Source of the DNA: a virus
Lineage: Duplodnaviria; Caudoviricetes
IMG/VR virus record: IMGVR_UViG_3300014204_005796
Location: 32,001 to 96,000 of that record
Reading direction: 5' to 3' (one strand)
Length of the DNA stretch: 64,000 bases
A model generated the notes under the pieces. That model had not been told where the DNA came from. It saw nothing but the letters and a program-made list of their open reading frames with translations, and searched no databases. The stretch's first letter is position 1; each line of letters opens with the position of its first letter. A program made the translations under genes and the position numbers. Positions 40,174 through 49,837 of this stretch are shown here, one piece after another.

Positions 40174-41472
40174 TTACTTCACCTCCTGTAATGTGATATT
40201 CTTCGCCGCTTCTTCAGCCGCGTATAGCTCTTTCACTTTCTCCATTACTTCCAGCTTGAACGCATACGCCGGAGTATCTTTCTCCAGATGGTGCTCACCA
40301 TTGCCGGCATACGTGGTGCAGTCCCACATCTTTACTGTCTTGCCCGACCACGCCGTCTTCATGTTGGGCACACACGCAGCCAGGGTGGCGGCAAAGAGTT
40401 CCATGAACTCCTTCTTAAAGGTATAGAGCAAAGAGTTCGCGGCTGTACGTGCAGCCTTGTTCGCAGCTTGGTCGCCGGCTTTCTCCTCAAGGTGCACACT
40501 GCCAGTCCAGGAATTCTTCTCTTTTACCATTCTGCCTACGCCCAGCCTGTAGAATTCCTCCTGACCGCAGTAGTCGCTGTACTCCTTGGGGTCACAGACC
40601 TGATTAAGTATCTTGTTCCCCTTCGGTGAGTACATTATCTCTACAGGAGACAGAGACATCGCGTTGAAGTGTACCTTGCCATGCTTGTTGAAATTCACCC
40701 TTAGGTGCATATTTACTGAAGTCACGTCGTCTGCCACAGCCTTTAAGTTTGCAGGCAACACCTTGTATGCAGGAAGGGACTTGTAATCCAGCCTATCTAT
40801 GTCTACGCGGAACGCCATGGATAAAGGCTCCTGCATGTATCCACCCGGGAAGTCCTTTGTGCCCTCGTTCATCTGCGCAATTATCTCTTTCACGCTGTCC
40901 ACCATAGCCTGATACCGCACCTTAAGGTCTTCCGGCGCAGACGTCTTGGTGATATTGAGCTTCTGCACGGGCGCTACCATGTCCTTCTTGCACTCCAGCT
41001 GGATGTAATCCATGACCTTACCAGGGAAGAAGCTGCCATAGTACCCTTCTCTGTTAGCAATTACCGTGCCAGGATGCTTAGCAAAGGTGACCTTTAACGC
41101 TTCCATGCAGCGGTCTATGAGCCCCTTTAATGTGGGCTCTATCATCTTATCAATGATGTTACGCGGGGAGTTACGCTGTAGTTTCTTTGACTTCTCATGC
41201 GCACCTCCGAGGGAGGCCATGAAGTGATTAATAGTCTCAAAGTCCGCCGCTCCTATCAGGTGCTTGATTGCTACTTCGGGATAGTGAAACAATGCGTACT
41301 TCATCACCTCCGTGTAGATACAGTTGTCAACTTCCTGCAGTCCTGCCAGAAGCAACTCCAAATCTGTGTCCGGGCCGATAAGCATAAGTACGTCCTGTGG
41401 TTCAAAGCTCTCATCATCTGTGTTGTCCTTGAGCATGTTCACGATTGTTGAAGCCGATAATGTATTAGCCAT
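40174..41472 (-). CDS. ASTI/PDTD family paralog 4
   Basis: SASTIVNM...IGPDTDLELLLAGL...YA. Confidence 0.65.
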   Translation of the reverse strand: MANTLSASTIVNMLKDNTDDESFEPQDVLMLIGPDTDLELLLAGLQEVDNCIYTEVMKYALFHYPEVAIKHLIGAADFETINHFMASLGGAHEKSKKLQRNSPRNIIDKMIEPTLKGLIDRCMEALKVTFAKHPGTVIANREGYYGSFFPGKVMDYIQLECKKDMVAPVQKLNITKTSAPEDLKVRYQAMVDSVKEIIAQMNEGTKDFPGGYMQEPLSMAFRVDIDRLDYKSLPAYKVLPANLKAVADDVTSVNMHLRVNFNKHGKVHFNAMSLSPVEIMYSPKGNKILNQVCDPKEYSDYCGQEEFYRLGVGRMVKEKNSWTGSVHLEEKAGDQAANKAARTAANSLLYTFKKEFMELFAATLAACVPNMKTAWSGKTVKMWDCTTYAGNGEHHLEKDTPAYAFKLEVMEKVKELYAAEEAAKNITLQEVK

Positions 41473-41473
41473 G

Positions 41474-41647
41474 TTATATCACCTCCGACCAGGGTGTCAG
41501 TTCTTCGGGCTGTGCAAAGTACATCTCGCCCGCTGCGTCGCCATCAAGGAATACTACATTGATGTAGTTCTTTTCCAAGCCTATCACCTGCGACTTCTGT
41601 CCCATACACTCTACCTCGTCATCTACCTTGAACGAATGCGCTTTCAT
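41474..41647 (-). CDS. 57-aa acidic SH3/KOW-like protein (not in ORF track)
   Basis: MKAHSFKVDDEVE...EELTPWSEVI; GGAGGTGA SD. Confidence 0.55.
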   Translation of the reverse strand: MKAHSFKVDDEVECMGQKSQVIGLEKNYINVVFLDGDAAGEMYFAQPEELTPWSEVI

Positions 41648-41667
41648 ACCATCACCTCCATGTGAGT

Positions 41668-42684
41668 TTACGCCTTAGCGTCTATGGGCGTTTTTGCAGT
41701 ATCGCTGCCTTCGGCCTCTTTATCCAGCTGTTTCTGTCCTTCTTCCAAGATGAACTGCATGAACTTTCCCTTGTCCTTCTTCACGCCGTAGTTGCCTGAA
41801 TCCTCCCCGAACATCACCTTCACCTTCATCATGTCAGGTGTGTGCAGGTCTTTGAACAAGAATGCTACAGCCTCTGCTTCCAGCTGTTCTTTCCAGCCTG
41901 AAGCGTCTATCATCACCTTAGTGGTCTCACGTGTACCTGAAGCGTAACCTACCCCGACGTTGTACTGTAAGCAAAGTTTTTTCTTAACTACCTTTCCGAA
42001 AGCGATTACTTCTATCTCAAGACGGTTTAACCTTTCTTTTAAATCAGCCTTGACTTTGTCATACATATATGACATACTCGACGCGGGGAATACTAACCTG
42101 AAGCTGAACGCGTGATACTCTGGGTCTTTCTCGTACTCTGGCCTGCCCGCCCTGTCTGTCAGGAAGAGCTTCGTATCTAATACAGTAGGCCAGAGCTTCC
42201 TGAATTCCTCCACGGTTATAGCTGTAGTATGCCACGGGTCACGCCATGACTCAAAGAAGCCAAGCGTTAGGAATCTGTCCGCCATGGTGCCAAACATTCC
42301 CTTTGGGTCTGTCACCCCAATAGTGCCATACTTACGTATGCACGCCTGTGCTTTGTGAACGAAAGAGGTTTCGATGGCAGGTGTAAATATCTTCTCCATG
42401 TGTCTCGCCACGACGCTCTCGCCGCCGATTAATTCTGTGAGCTGGTCTATCATACTCAAGTCTGTCAGTTCATGTAGAAACCTCTTGAAGTTCTCAGGCT
42501 GGTGGACTGCGGCGTACGCTGAGACTACATGTACGTAGTCAGCGTTCAACCACTTTAAATCTTCCTTGAACAGTCCCTTTAACATTAAGTAGCAGTCTGT
42601 GTCAGGCGTCATGAACGTAGCAAGTTCATTGGCGTCTGTCAGTTGGTTATCATTCATCATGTTAATGATTGTTGATGCGTCCAT
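41668..42684 (-). CDS. ASTI/PDTD family paralog 3
   Basis: MDASTIINM...MTPDTDCYLMLKGL...YA. Confidence 0.65.
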   Translation of the reverse strand: MDASTIINMMNDNQLTDANELATFMTPDTDCYLMLKGLFKEDLKWLNADYVHVVSAYAAVHQPENFKRFLHELTDLSMIDQLTELIGGESVVARHMEKIFTPAIETSFVHKAQACIRKYGTIGVTDPKGMFGTMADRFLTLGFFESWRDPWHTTAITVEEFRKLWPTVLDTKLFLTDRAGRPEYEKDPEYHAFSFRLVFPASSMSYMYDKVKADLKERLNRLEIEVIAFGKVVKKKLCLQYNVGVGYASGTRETTKVMIDASGWKEQLEAEAVAFLFKDLHTPDMMKVKVMFGEDSGNYGVKKDKGKFMQFILEEGQKQLDKEAEGSDTAKTPIDAKA

Positions 42685-42720
42685 GATTCATCACCTCGTT
42701 TCAGATTGTGATACGTGGAG

Positions 42721-43809
42721 TTACTTCGTACCCTCGGGACTGAGGGTACTGGAACTGACTTCCTGTTTCGGCAGAAGAGACAACAGGGCTTCAAGCGTGC
42801 TATAGCAGTCTATCACATGCTTGGGCTGTATCTTATCTTCCACTATTGCTTCATGCGGGAAGTCCTTGTGCAGAAGCGGTATCACTTCTTCATTAATATA
42901 CAACGTGCCTGTGGGTATAATGGACTTCTTGGTGAAGCGCTTCCATTCCATGTCGATTGCTTTACCTACCCGCACAGTATTGAACGGAGCATTGTAATCC
43001 CCAGCGAGTGTCGCCTCACGTGTCCTGCCCAGATACAGCTTGTATGTTAACTCGTAGTGCTTGACCCGCCGTAACATTGTGTTGGTAGCCTTTGACCTGC
43101 TCTTTCCCTCAGCGTTCAGCAGGTCTATTACGTACTCAGCTGGTATGCACGTGGACTTTTCCACGAGTCCCAAGTTAGTTGCCTTGCCCGTGATGAGCAC
43201 GTCAGTCTTAAACGCATAGAGCTCATCTAAGAACCTGTCCTTGCTTACGAAAACCTTTTCAGGACATGGCGCTTCTTCGGTCTTCGCATTCTTGTATGGT
43301 GTAGGTTTCTCTCTGACCTCAGGAAAGAACTTCTCACGGGAGATGTAGTTAGGGTAAACCTTTCTTATGAATTCCCGCACAGAACTGCCGTCTGTCAGGC
43401 AGTTGGCATAGTGCGCAAGGTTTACTATCGGAAGAGTGAACTGTGCGCACACCTTCTTTATATCTTCCTCCCAGTTATCCTTCCAATAGTTTATGGCTAC
43501 CTCTCCGAATGTACCTGCCAGTACCTTGGGGAATCCCTCCAGCATCTGGTTGATGAACTGGTGTGCTACTGACTGTGAGCGTGGCAGTGTCTTCGTGAAC
43601 TGCCGCAGGACTGCAGGACACTTAACCGCAGCGTACCTGTAGAACTCCAGCTGAATGGCTGTATCCTTCACGTGCTTTTGCACCCCATCCAACAAGAGAG
43701 CCATGTCGGTTGTGTCATCTATCAGGGAGAGTACTGCCGCGGGAGAGAGCCCCGACCTGAACTCCTCATTCCACGTCTGCATTACCATCATGATGCTTGA
43801 TGCGTCCAT
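42721..43809 (-). CDS. ASTI/PDTD family paralog 2
   Basis: MDASSIMM...IDDTTDMALLLDGV...YA. Confidence 0.65.
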   Translation of the reverse strand: MDASSIMMVMQTWNEEFRSGLSPAAVLSLIDDTTDMALLLDGVQKHVKDTAIQLEFYRYAAVKCPAVLRQFTKTLPRSQSVAHQFINQMLEGFPKVLAGTFGEVAINYWKDNWEEDIKKVCAQFTLPIVNLAHYANCLTDGSSVREFIRKVYPNYISREKFFPEVREKPTPYKNAKTEEAPCPEKVFVSKDRFLDELYAFKTDVLITGKATNLGLVEKSTCIPAEYVIDLLNAEGKSRSKATNTMLRRVKHYELTYKLYLGRTREATLAGDYNAPFNTVRVGKAIDMEWKRFTKKSIIPTGTLYINEEVIPLLHKDFPHEAIVEDKIQPKHVIDCYSTLEALLSLLPKQEVSSSTLSPEGTK

Positions 43810-43810
43810 G

Positions 43811-44056
43811 TTACTTCACCTCCTTATATTTAATCTTACCTATCTTTATAACCTTGCCAGCAAGTACTGTGCCGTTGCCTATCACCTCGCCTGTCCACCT
43901 GTCCGTGAGCGAAACCTCTTTCGGATCAAACATATCCAGCTGAACGTTGATGCCATGCGACTCAAGAAGACTCTGATGCACGCATCGCCCGTCAGCAATG
44001 ACTGTACCTGCGCCTCCTGCGACAAACTCAGCAGGTGTAATCTTATACTTTTTCAT
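43811..44056 (-). CDS. small hypothetical protein
   Basis: 81 aa, translationally coupled. Confidence 0.5.
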   Translation of the reverse strand: MKKYKITPAEFVAGGAGTVIADGRCVHQSLLESHGINVQLDMFDPKEVSLTDRWTGEVIGNGTVLAGKVIKIGKIKYKEVK

Positions 44057-45023
44057 GTGCCTCCGCCTCCTTTTGCGCCAACGTATCCCGCATTACTTTC
44101 TCTATCTCTTCGTAGTTTATGCGCCCCCACTGATACTCCAGATTAAACACCCTCTTTGCTTTCAGCTGAATCTTAGAAGGGAACGCCTGTGCCTGCAGCC
44201 ATGCGGCAAGTTCCTTGTGTGCTACTGCGCTCATCTGTACCGTTACTCTGTATTTACCTACGCAGACTGCCGTCCAATTAGCTAGGTTTAACGTAACTGT
44301 ATTCTGCTTAATATGTATGTTATTAGTAAACCGAACAGCTATACTTGTGCCGATTTGTAACTGGTTGTGCTCGGACGTTTCCTTGAGTGTGTCCGATGAA
44401 AATATCTTCTCGGCAAGAGTAGGTGTGATGAATATATCAGTTGTTCTACCTAAGTCAAAAGGAATAATCATATCCCATTCTTTTGCCGTGTATTCCTTTA
44501 CGTCCTTGACGAAGCGGTCAAGTTTGTACTGTACTGAGTTCATGTAGAATGAAGCAAGTCTGAGCTTGCTGTCGTTGGTACGCCCGCCACCTATGGATAG
44601 GACATTCAACTGCTCATAATTCCCCGCTATCTCTTTTATCTTTGCCTTGACCTTTGAAGCCACGTCGGTGTGCATGAACTTGTCAAGAGCCTGCACCCTC
44701 TTTAACGCCTTATCCAAAAGCATGCGCGATGTTTCAAGGTCAAGAAGCTTCTGTGTGTACGTCGGGGAGTTTGTCTCGGCGTAGTACAGAAGAAAGCCGA
44801 GCATCTCGTCAGGGCGTGCGCCGTAGAAGAATGGTGTTACGTTATCTCTCTCGTTCCACTCCAAGTGTTCTACTGCCTTGTACTGTTGTACGAGCCCACC
44901 ATATAGTACATCGAGCTCTGTATCAGGGGACAGGAACAAAGGCCACATCTGTCCGCAGGTCTCACCTACTTTGTACCCGCCCCGCAGACTTTCTACCGCC
45001 ATAAGTATCGACGATGCATTCAT
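44043..45023 (-). CDS. ASTI/PDTD family paralog 1
   Basis: MNASSILMAVE...LSPDTELDVLYGGL...YA. Confidence 0.65.
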   Translation of the reverse strand: MNASSILMAVESLRGGYKVGETCGQMWPLFLSPDTELDVLYGGLVQQYKAVEHLEWNERDNVTPFFYGARPDEMLGFLLYYAETNSPTYTQKLLDLETSRMLLDKALKRVQALDKFMHTDVASKVKAKIKEIAGNYEQLNVLSIGGGRTNDSKLRLASFYMNSVQYKLDRFVKDVKEYTAKEWDMIIPFDLGRTTDIFITPTLAEKIFSSDTLKETSEHNQLQIGTSIAVRFTNNIHIKQNTVTLNLANWTAVCVGKYRVTVQMSAVAHKELAAWLQAQAFPSKIQLKAKRVFNLEYQWGRINYEEIEKVMRDTLAQKEAEAHEKV

Positions 45024-45895
45024 GTTACATCACCTCCTATAGAGTTACTTTAAGTTTGGGATTCTTTACGTCCTGAAGAGTAACCTTGTTTGTCGCTGCG
45101 CTCACGTCATAATCCTTTTCGGGGTCGTAGCACTCTTCGCACACAGAGAAGTACTTGTGTGTGTATACCACAGCGTCCCCTGCTACTCTCTTACCGCACC
45201 CGCCATCGCACTTGCAAGTAGCTTTAGCCTTCACGACAGCAGACTTTACTACTGCGTACAACAGCTCGCCGAACTTCATTAACATAACATCTTCTTGGTA
45301 CTGTGTGACAGTTGACTTCTTTAACTCTTTTCCTTTCATTGTATCACCTCAGTTAAGAACGCAGATGACTGCACTCCGATTAGGGATATTCACGTTGACA
45401 TATCCTTCGTACTTGGTAAACTTCTTTCCCTGTCCGCATACCTCATTGAGCCGCGCCGCCTTGAGAGCGTACTTAATCTCATCATCTATATCCGCAGGAT
45501 TGACGTACACATACGTTGGAAGCTCTTTCTTTCTTTTTGTCTGCCATGTTAGCACCTCGCTAAGGCCATAATGGCCAAGAATGCACAAGCTAGCTTCGTA
45601 TAAAAGAAAGCCCAGCCTATCCAAGGCAACCACGCAGGGAACCTGAACGCATTCTTGCCTTTCTTTTCCTGTTCACGTACGTACCGCTGTAGCAACAGAG
45701 TCTGCCATAGATACTGAAGCAGACTCACCGCAAGTATCAGCAACCCATAGTGGACGTACACGGGCTTGCCTACCAGCGTGCCGAGTATGAACAGAAGCCC
45801 TGCGAACACATGCACCAGATACGACGCCTTGCTTGAGTAGTAATCTACGCTTTCCCATGCCTTTTGAATTTTCATCTCTGTGTTACCTCCTTTCA

Positions 45896-46390
45896 CTATT
45901 CGAATCTCGGCCTAAAGGCCGGTTTTTGAGAATCGCTGCCATCGCTGGTGCTCTGGGCTTCTTCATACGCCCCGCCTTTGGCTGTCAACATACTGAAGCC
46001 TTTAGCAGTCCGCTTCTTCATCATGTTAAGGATAGCGTGTACACGACCCACAGATATGTCCTTGGTCGTGTACTTCTTCCTGTCAACACGTGTCTTTAAC
46101 TTCCACCCTGTCTGCGGGTCTTTCCACAGTTCACGCATGTTAGCGTTCCACGATGTGTAAACAGGAATGATGTAGGGCACGGGGTTCTGATACGGTTGCT
46201 TAATAGCATTGTGGTGGTCATAGAACTGCTCAAGCCCAAGTACCAGAGAGGATACAGCCATGGTCTTTAGGGCACCAAGGTATATCTTGCCCATATAAGT
46301 CTTGCCCTCTCTCTTGATGACTCCTGAGTCAAAGCCAATAGCATGCTGGTCTATTACTGAGTCCTGCTGTTCCTGCTCAAAGATACTCAT
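45896..46390 (-). CDS. hypothetical protein with shared motif
   Basis: MAVSSLVLGLEQF. Confidence 0.6.
   Translation of the reverse strand: MSIFEQEQQDSVIDQHAIGFDSGVIKREGKTYMGKIYLGALKTMAVSSLVLGLEQFYDHHNAIKQPYQNPVPYIIPVYTSWNANMRELWKDPQTGWKLKTRVDRKKYTTKDISVGRVHAILNMMKKRTAKGFSMLTAKGGAYEEAQSTSDGSDSQKPAFRPRFE
45917..45940. repeat. 24-bp dispersed element, copy 4
   Basis: GGCCGGTTTTTGAGAATCGCTGCC. Confidence 0.7.
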
Positions 46391-46560
46391 CTCATCACCT
46401 CCCTGTTATGTGTATGCGCAACAGTATATCAAGTATCCTGCTGCGTGTAGGTATGTTGCGTTCTAACCATAACCAGTGCTTAGGCTTTAATCTAAGCACG
46501 TACAACACAAAGAACCTGTCCACTTTGATAATAAACCATGCTAGTTTGCGTATCATCTCA

Positions 46561-46905
46561 TCACCTCGCGTATGTTACGTCGAACGTCAGGCGTAACGTG
46601 TTAGGTTTCCGTGCATGGCTGTACTTAAGCACAAGTTCCTTTGACTCTGTCCTGTGCATGTCGCTGGTCTTCAGGCATATCCTGTTGATGACTATACCGA
46701 ACTCCAAAAGCTTCACGCAGTGGTCTTCCTTGTCCTTGTCTATCTCTACAGCCTTCTCAATGATGAAGCACATCACCGACGGTGAAACCTTTGCGTTCAT
46801 CATCACGTCGATGTGGTTGCTGTTCGGACGTGATGTCACCGTAACTCCTGCGACTCCTGCCAGACCTGTCTCTCTTAACAACCTCTCGCCAATAGTCTCG
46901 GGCAT
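46561..46905 (-). CDS. hypothetical protein with shared motif
   Basis: VSPSVMCFIIEKA. Confidence 0.6.
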   Translation of the reverse strand: MPETIGERLLRETGLAGVAGVTVTSRPNSNHIDVMMNAKVSPSVMCFIIEKAVEIDKDKEDHCVKLLEFGIVINRICLKTSDMHRTESKELVLKYSHARKPNTLRLTFDVTYAR

Positions 46906-46907
46906 GG

Positions 46908-47288
46908 CTACGCCTCCTTCCAGTTTATATATTCATCTTTCCTGTGTCCACCTATTACCTTAACGATGTAGTCTGCATGGTCGTCCACAAAGAACTCAAT
47001 ACGGCAGTTCCTAAGCTCAGGGCACTTTGTAAGTATCTGTTCGCCTAACATCCTGTACGTTGATGACGCCATGGCAGTCTTAGGGTACACTACCACCCAG
47101 AAGAACTCTTCTGTGTTGCCCACGCCTTGAATGTTTGACGCAATCTGGTATCTATGCGTAAAGTTGTGCTCAAGTTCAACCTGTACATCCTCGTATGAGA
47201 CCAGAGCCAGCTGAGCAATTTGCTCAGCCAGCTTGCCAACGAGGGACAGTTCTCGATTAAGTTCCTCAATGTCCCTGTTAGTTTTCAT
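46908..47288 (-). CDS. hypothetical protein with shared motif
   Basis: MASSTYRMLGEQI. Confidence 0.55.
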   Translation of the reverse strand: MKTNRDIEELNRELSLVGKLAEQIAQLALVSYEDVQVELEHNFTHRYQIASNIQGVGNTEEFFWVVVYPKTAMASSTYRMLGEQILTKCPELRNCRIEFFVDDHADYIVKVIGGHRKDEYINWKEA

Positions 47289-48631
47289 TTTGTTTTCTCC
47301 TCCACTTCCATTGTGTCAGGATTTATCTGCACGTTAATCCACGGCTTACGTGCATTGTCATTGTGCACAAGGTTGTGTGTCGTGAACACAACCATGATTG
47401 AATCCTTTGGCCCAGCAGTCACGTCAGGTATCTCACCGTCAGTGAGTAGGACAAAGTTCGTCTTAACGTTACGCTCTTTCTCTTCTATGTCCTGAAACAT
47501 CTGGAGCATGGGATTCAAGTCAGTGCCCCCGAGACCTGGAACGAACTTGGGAATCTCTTCCCCTTTCTTAACGATGTGCTTAATCTCAGTGTCGCAGTAC
47601 ACGACTGCTTCGAACTGAGGAAGCGCCATGACGTACCCGAGGAAGCCTTCAACATACTGGTCGCAGGAACCTGAGCAGTCAATACCCACATATATCTTGA
47701 ACTCTTCTGTTCTCTTACGGGGAATGTAAGTCTTGATTCCCTGTATGTGGATACGCCTGTTAGGTCTGTCGAACCTGCTCTTCTTCCTGTATATCATCGG
47801 GTCAAGCACTTCTTTAAACGGGAACTGCCTGCGTACGATGTCCATAAGCTTCCTTACGAACGCACCCGTTACTGAACCGTACTGCTCGTTCTTGGCAGCC
47901 TTCTGCATCTGGTCAAGTACCTGCTTGATTTCCCCGTCCATGTTCTTGGGGTCAAGCGAGTTGTCATGCTCGTCTATCCTGTTGCCATTGAGCTTGTCAG
48001 CCAGTTCGTCACCGCCAACGGGCGTTTTTCCAGAACCGCTGCCACCGCTGGCCACCAGCGTGTATTTCTTCCCCGACTTCATTGACTTCTCAAACAACGC
48101 ATATATCTCATCAGCTGTTAAGTCATCAACGTCTTTGCTTGTCTCGATGACCCCGTCTGCTTTCAGGCTCTCGACTGTGATGCCGATAGTCCTGCCGTCC
48201 TGCACCGGCATCTCGACTGCACTTGAGTAGTACTTGTTCAGCAGGGAGTTAATCATTGCGTCAATCGCAATGTTCCACACACGCGGGTCATCAAACCGTG
48301 TTGACTCACCACAGTTGTGTGAGAGCAGGATGTGTCCCGCTTCATGTGCAATGATGTACATCTGCTGACGCACTGAGAACTGATGAAGCTTCGAGAGAGC
48401 CAACGCCATGAACAACTTGCGCGGGTCTTCAGGATGTGCCTCATCCCTCTTCGTGCCAACACACGCAAGGAACTCATCCTTCGGGTCTTTGGGTATGTAC
48501 TCCTGCATTGTAATCAGCAAGAGTATTTCCATGAAGAAGCGAAGCTCTGAGTTGTTAGCGAAGTGTTCCATAGGCAAGGCGTCTCTGACTGCGTCGCCTG
48601 ACTTTGCCTTCAGATGGTCTCTTAGTTCCAT
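47285..48631 (-). CDS. metallopeptidase-vWA protein (DUF2201-like)
   Basis: HEAGH, WNIAIDAMIN, MIDAS DCSGS, GGTD, LTDG. Confidence 0.85.
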   Translation of the reverse strand: MELRDHLKAKSGDAVRDALPMEHFANNSELRFFMEILLLITMQEYIPKDPKDEFLACVGTKRDEAHPEDPRKLFMALALSKLHQFSVRQQMYIIAHEAGHILLSHNCGESTRFDDPRVWNIAIDAMINSLLNKYYSSAVEMPVQDGRTIGITVESLKADGVIETSKDVDDLTADEIYALFEKSMKSGKKYTLVASGGSGSGKTPVGGDELADKLNGNRIDEHDNSLDPKNMDGEIKQVLDQMQKAAKNEQYGSVTGAFVRKLMDIVRRQFPFKEVLDPMIYRKKSRFDRPNRRIHIQGIKTYIPRKRTEEFKIYVGIDCSGSCDQYVEGFLGYVMALPQFEAVVYCDTEIKHIVKKGEEIPKFVPGLGGTDLNPMLQMFQDIEEKERNVKTNFVLLTDGEIPDVTAGPKDSIMVVFTTHNLVHNDNARKPWINVQINPDTMEVEEKTK

Positions 48632-48685
48632 GACTGTGCTCCTTTCGTATGGGGCAGGTTGCCCTGCCCCGCGGATTTGTTTCTC

Positions 48686-49837
48686 TTACTTGGTCTTCGA
48701 AGGCGCCTTGCTTATCTCTTCCTTCATAAGTGTGTCGAAGTACTTGGACAACTTCTGACCCTTGCACGAGCACTTGTCAAACACCATCGGCTGACGTGCA
48801 CCGAACTGACGCATGAAGCTCGTGACAACTTCCACGGTCTTCTCTGTGTCAACCAGCTTGTCAATGAACTTTTCCATTGACTTCTGGAGTTCTGCCCTGT
48901 CCTCTTCCTTGGTCAGTATCATTCCCGCAGGGAGCACGATATCCAGAACGTCATTGAGTGCCTGTTTCTTTTTCAGTGGGTTGTTATTGTTCTTCGTGTA
49001 CTGTGCCCACGCCTTCTGCTTCAAGTCCCACAGGTCTGTAGGATTGATGATGGCATCGCCTACCCACGACTCCAACAAGACGACCGTAGTCGGTGACAGG
49101 ATACCCTTGGCAAGGTTCAGTATCTCTGAAGCGTCATTGACCTCGTCGAACTTCAATGCCTTGACAAGCATGTCAAGCTGTGACCACCCACGCGGGTTAG
49201 TCCACGGTTCGAACGGATGTCCCTTGACAGGCGGAACATAGAACGCCTTCGTGTCATACGCCTTGACGAAGTTCTCAATGAACTTCACAGGCTTCTGGTA
49301 CGCTATCCACTCCGTCACCTCAGGTGTACGCATTCCGTAAATGAATCCCCTGCCTCCTGTCAATGCCGAAGAGAATGCTCTGGCAAACGTGCCGTCCTCC
49401 CCGCCCATATTACCGCTGAACACAAAGAATGTTTTGGCGGGTAAGTGTTCGTCGTCTATTATCTTCTGCCATACAACGTCGAGCACTGCACCTTGCACGT
49501 CTTCAGCCGCGAGTGTCGCCTCGTCAAAGTGCACGAGTGCTCCCGCTTTCTTTCCTGTGTTGCCTGCGTCGATTGCCCTCTTCCAGAACCACGGTAACTT
49601 CCACTTCGTGTACTCACCGCTCACATCAGGAATGCCCTTGATGTCGTACGGCTCTACACGTCCGAGTGATATCGGAATGTATTCCATGCCCATCTCTGTT
49701 GCCGCTTCGCTGATGGCGAACGACTTGCCGATACCAGGGTCTCCGAAAATCATTACTGTGGGCGGGCATGCTGTAGCACCGAACTGTTTCAAAAGCCTCT
49801 TCAATCCTTCCGCGGTTAACATCTTTAACTGTGCCAT
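48686..49837 (-). CDS. MoxR-like AAA+ ATPase
   Basis: GDPGIGKS Walker A, VHFDE Walker B, SGN sensor, NPRGW. Confidence 0.9.
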   Translation of the reverse strand: MAQLKMLTAEGLKRLLKQFGATACPPTVMIFGDPGIGKSFAISEAATEMGMEYIPISLGRVEPYDIKGIPDVSGEYTKWKLPWFWKRAIDAGNTGKKAGALVHFDEATLAAEDVQGAVLDVVWQKIIDDEHLPAKTFFVFSGNMGGEDGTFARAFSSALTGGRGFIYGMRTPEVTEWIAYQKPVKFIENFVKAYDTKAFYVPPVKGHPFEPWTNPRGWSQLDMLVKALKFDEVNDASEILNLAKGILSPTTVVLLESWVGDAIINPTDLWDLKQKAWAQYTKNNNNPLKKKQALNDVLDIVLPAGMILTKEEDRAELQKSMEKFIDKLVDTEKTVEVVTSFMRQFGARQPMVFDKCSCKGQKLSKYFDTLMKEEISKAPSKTK

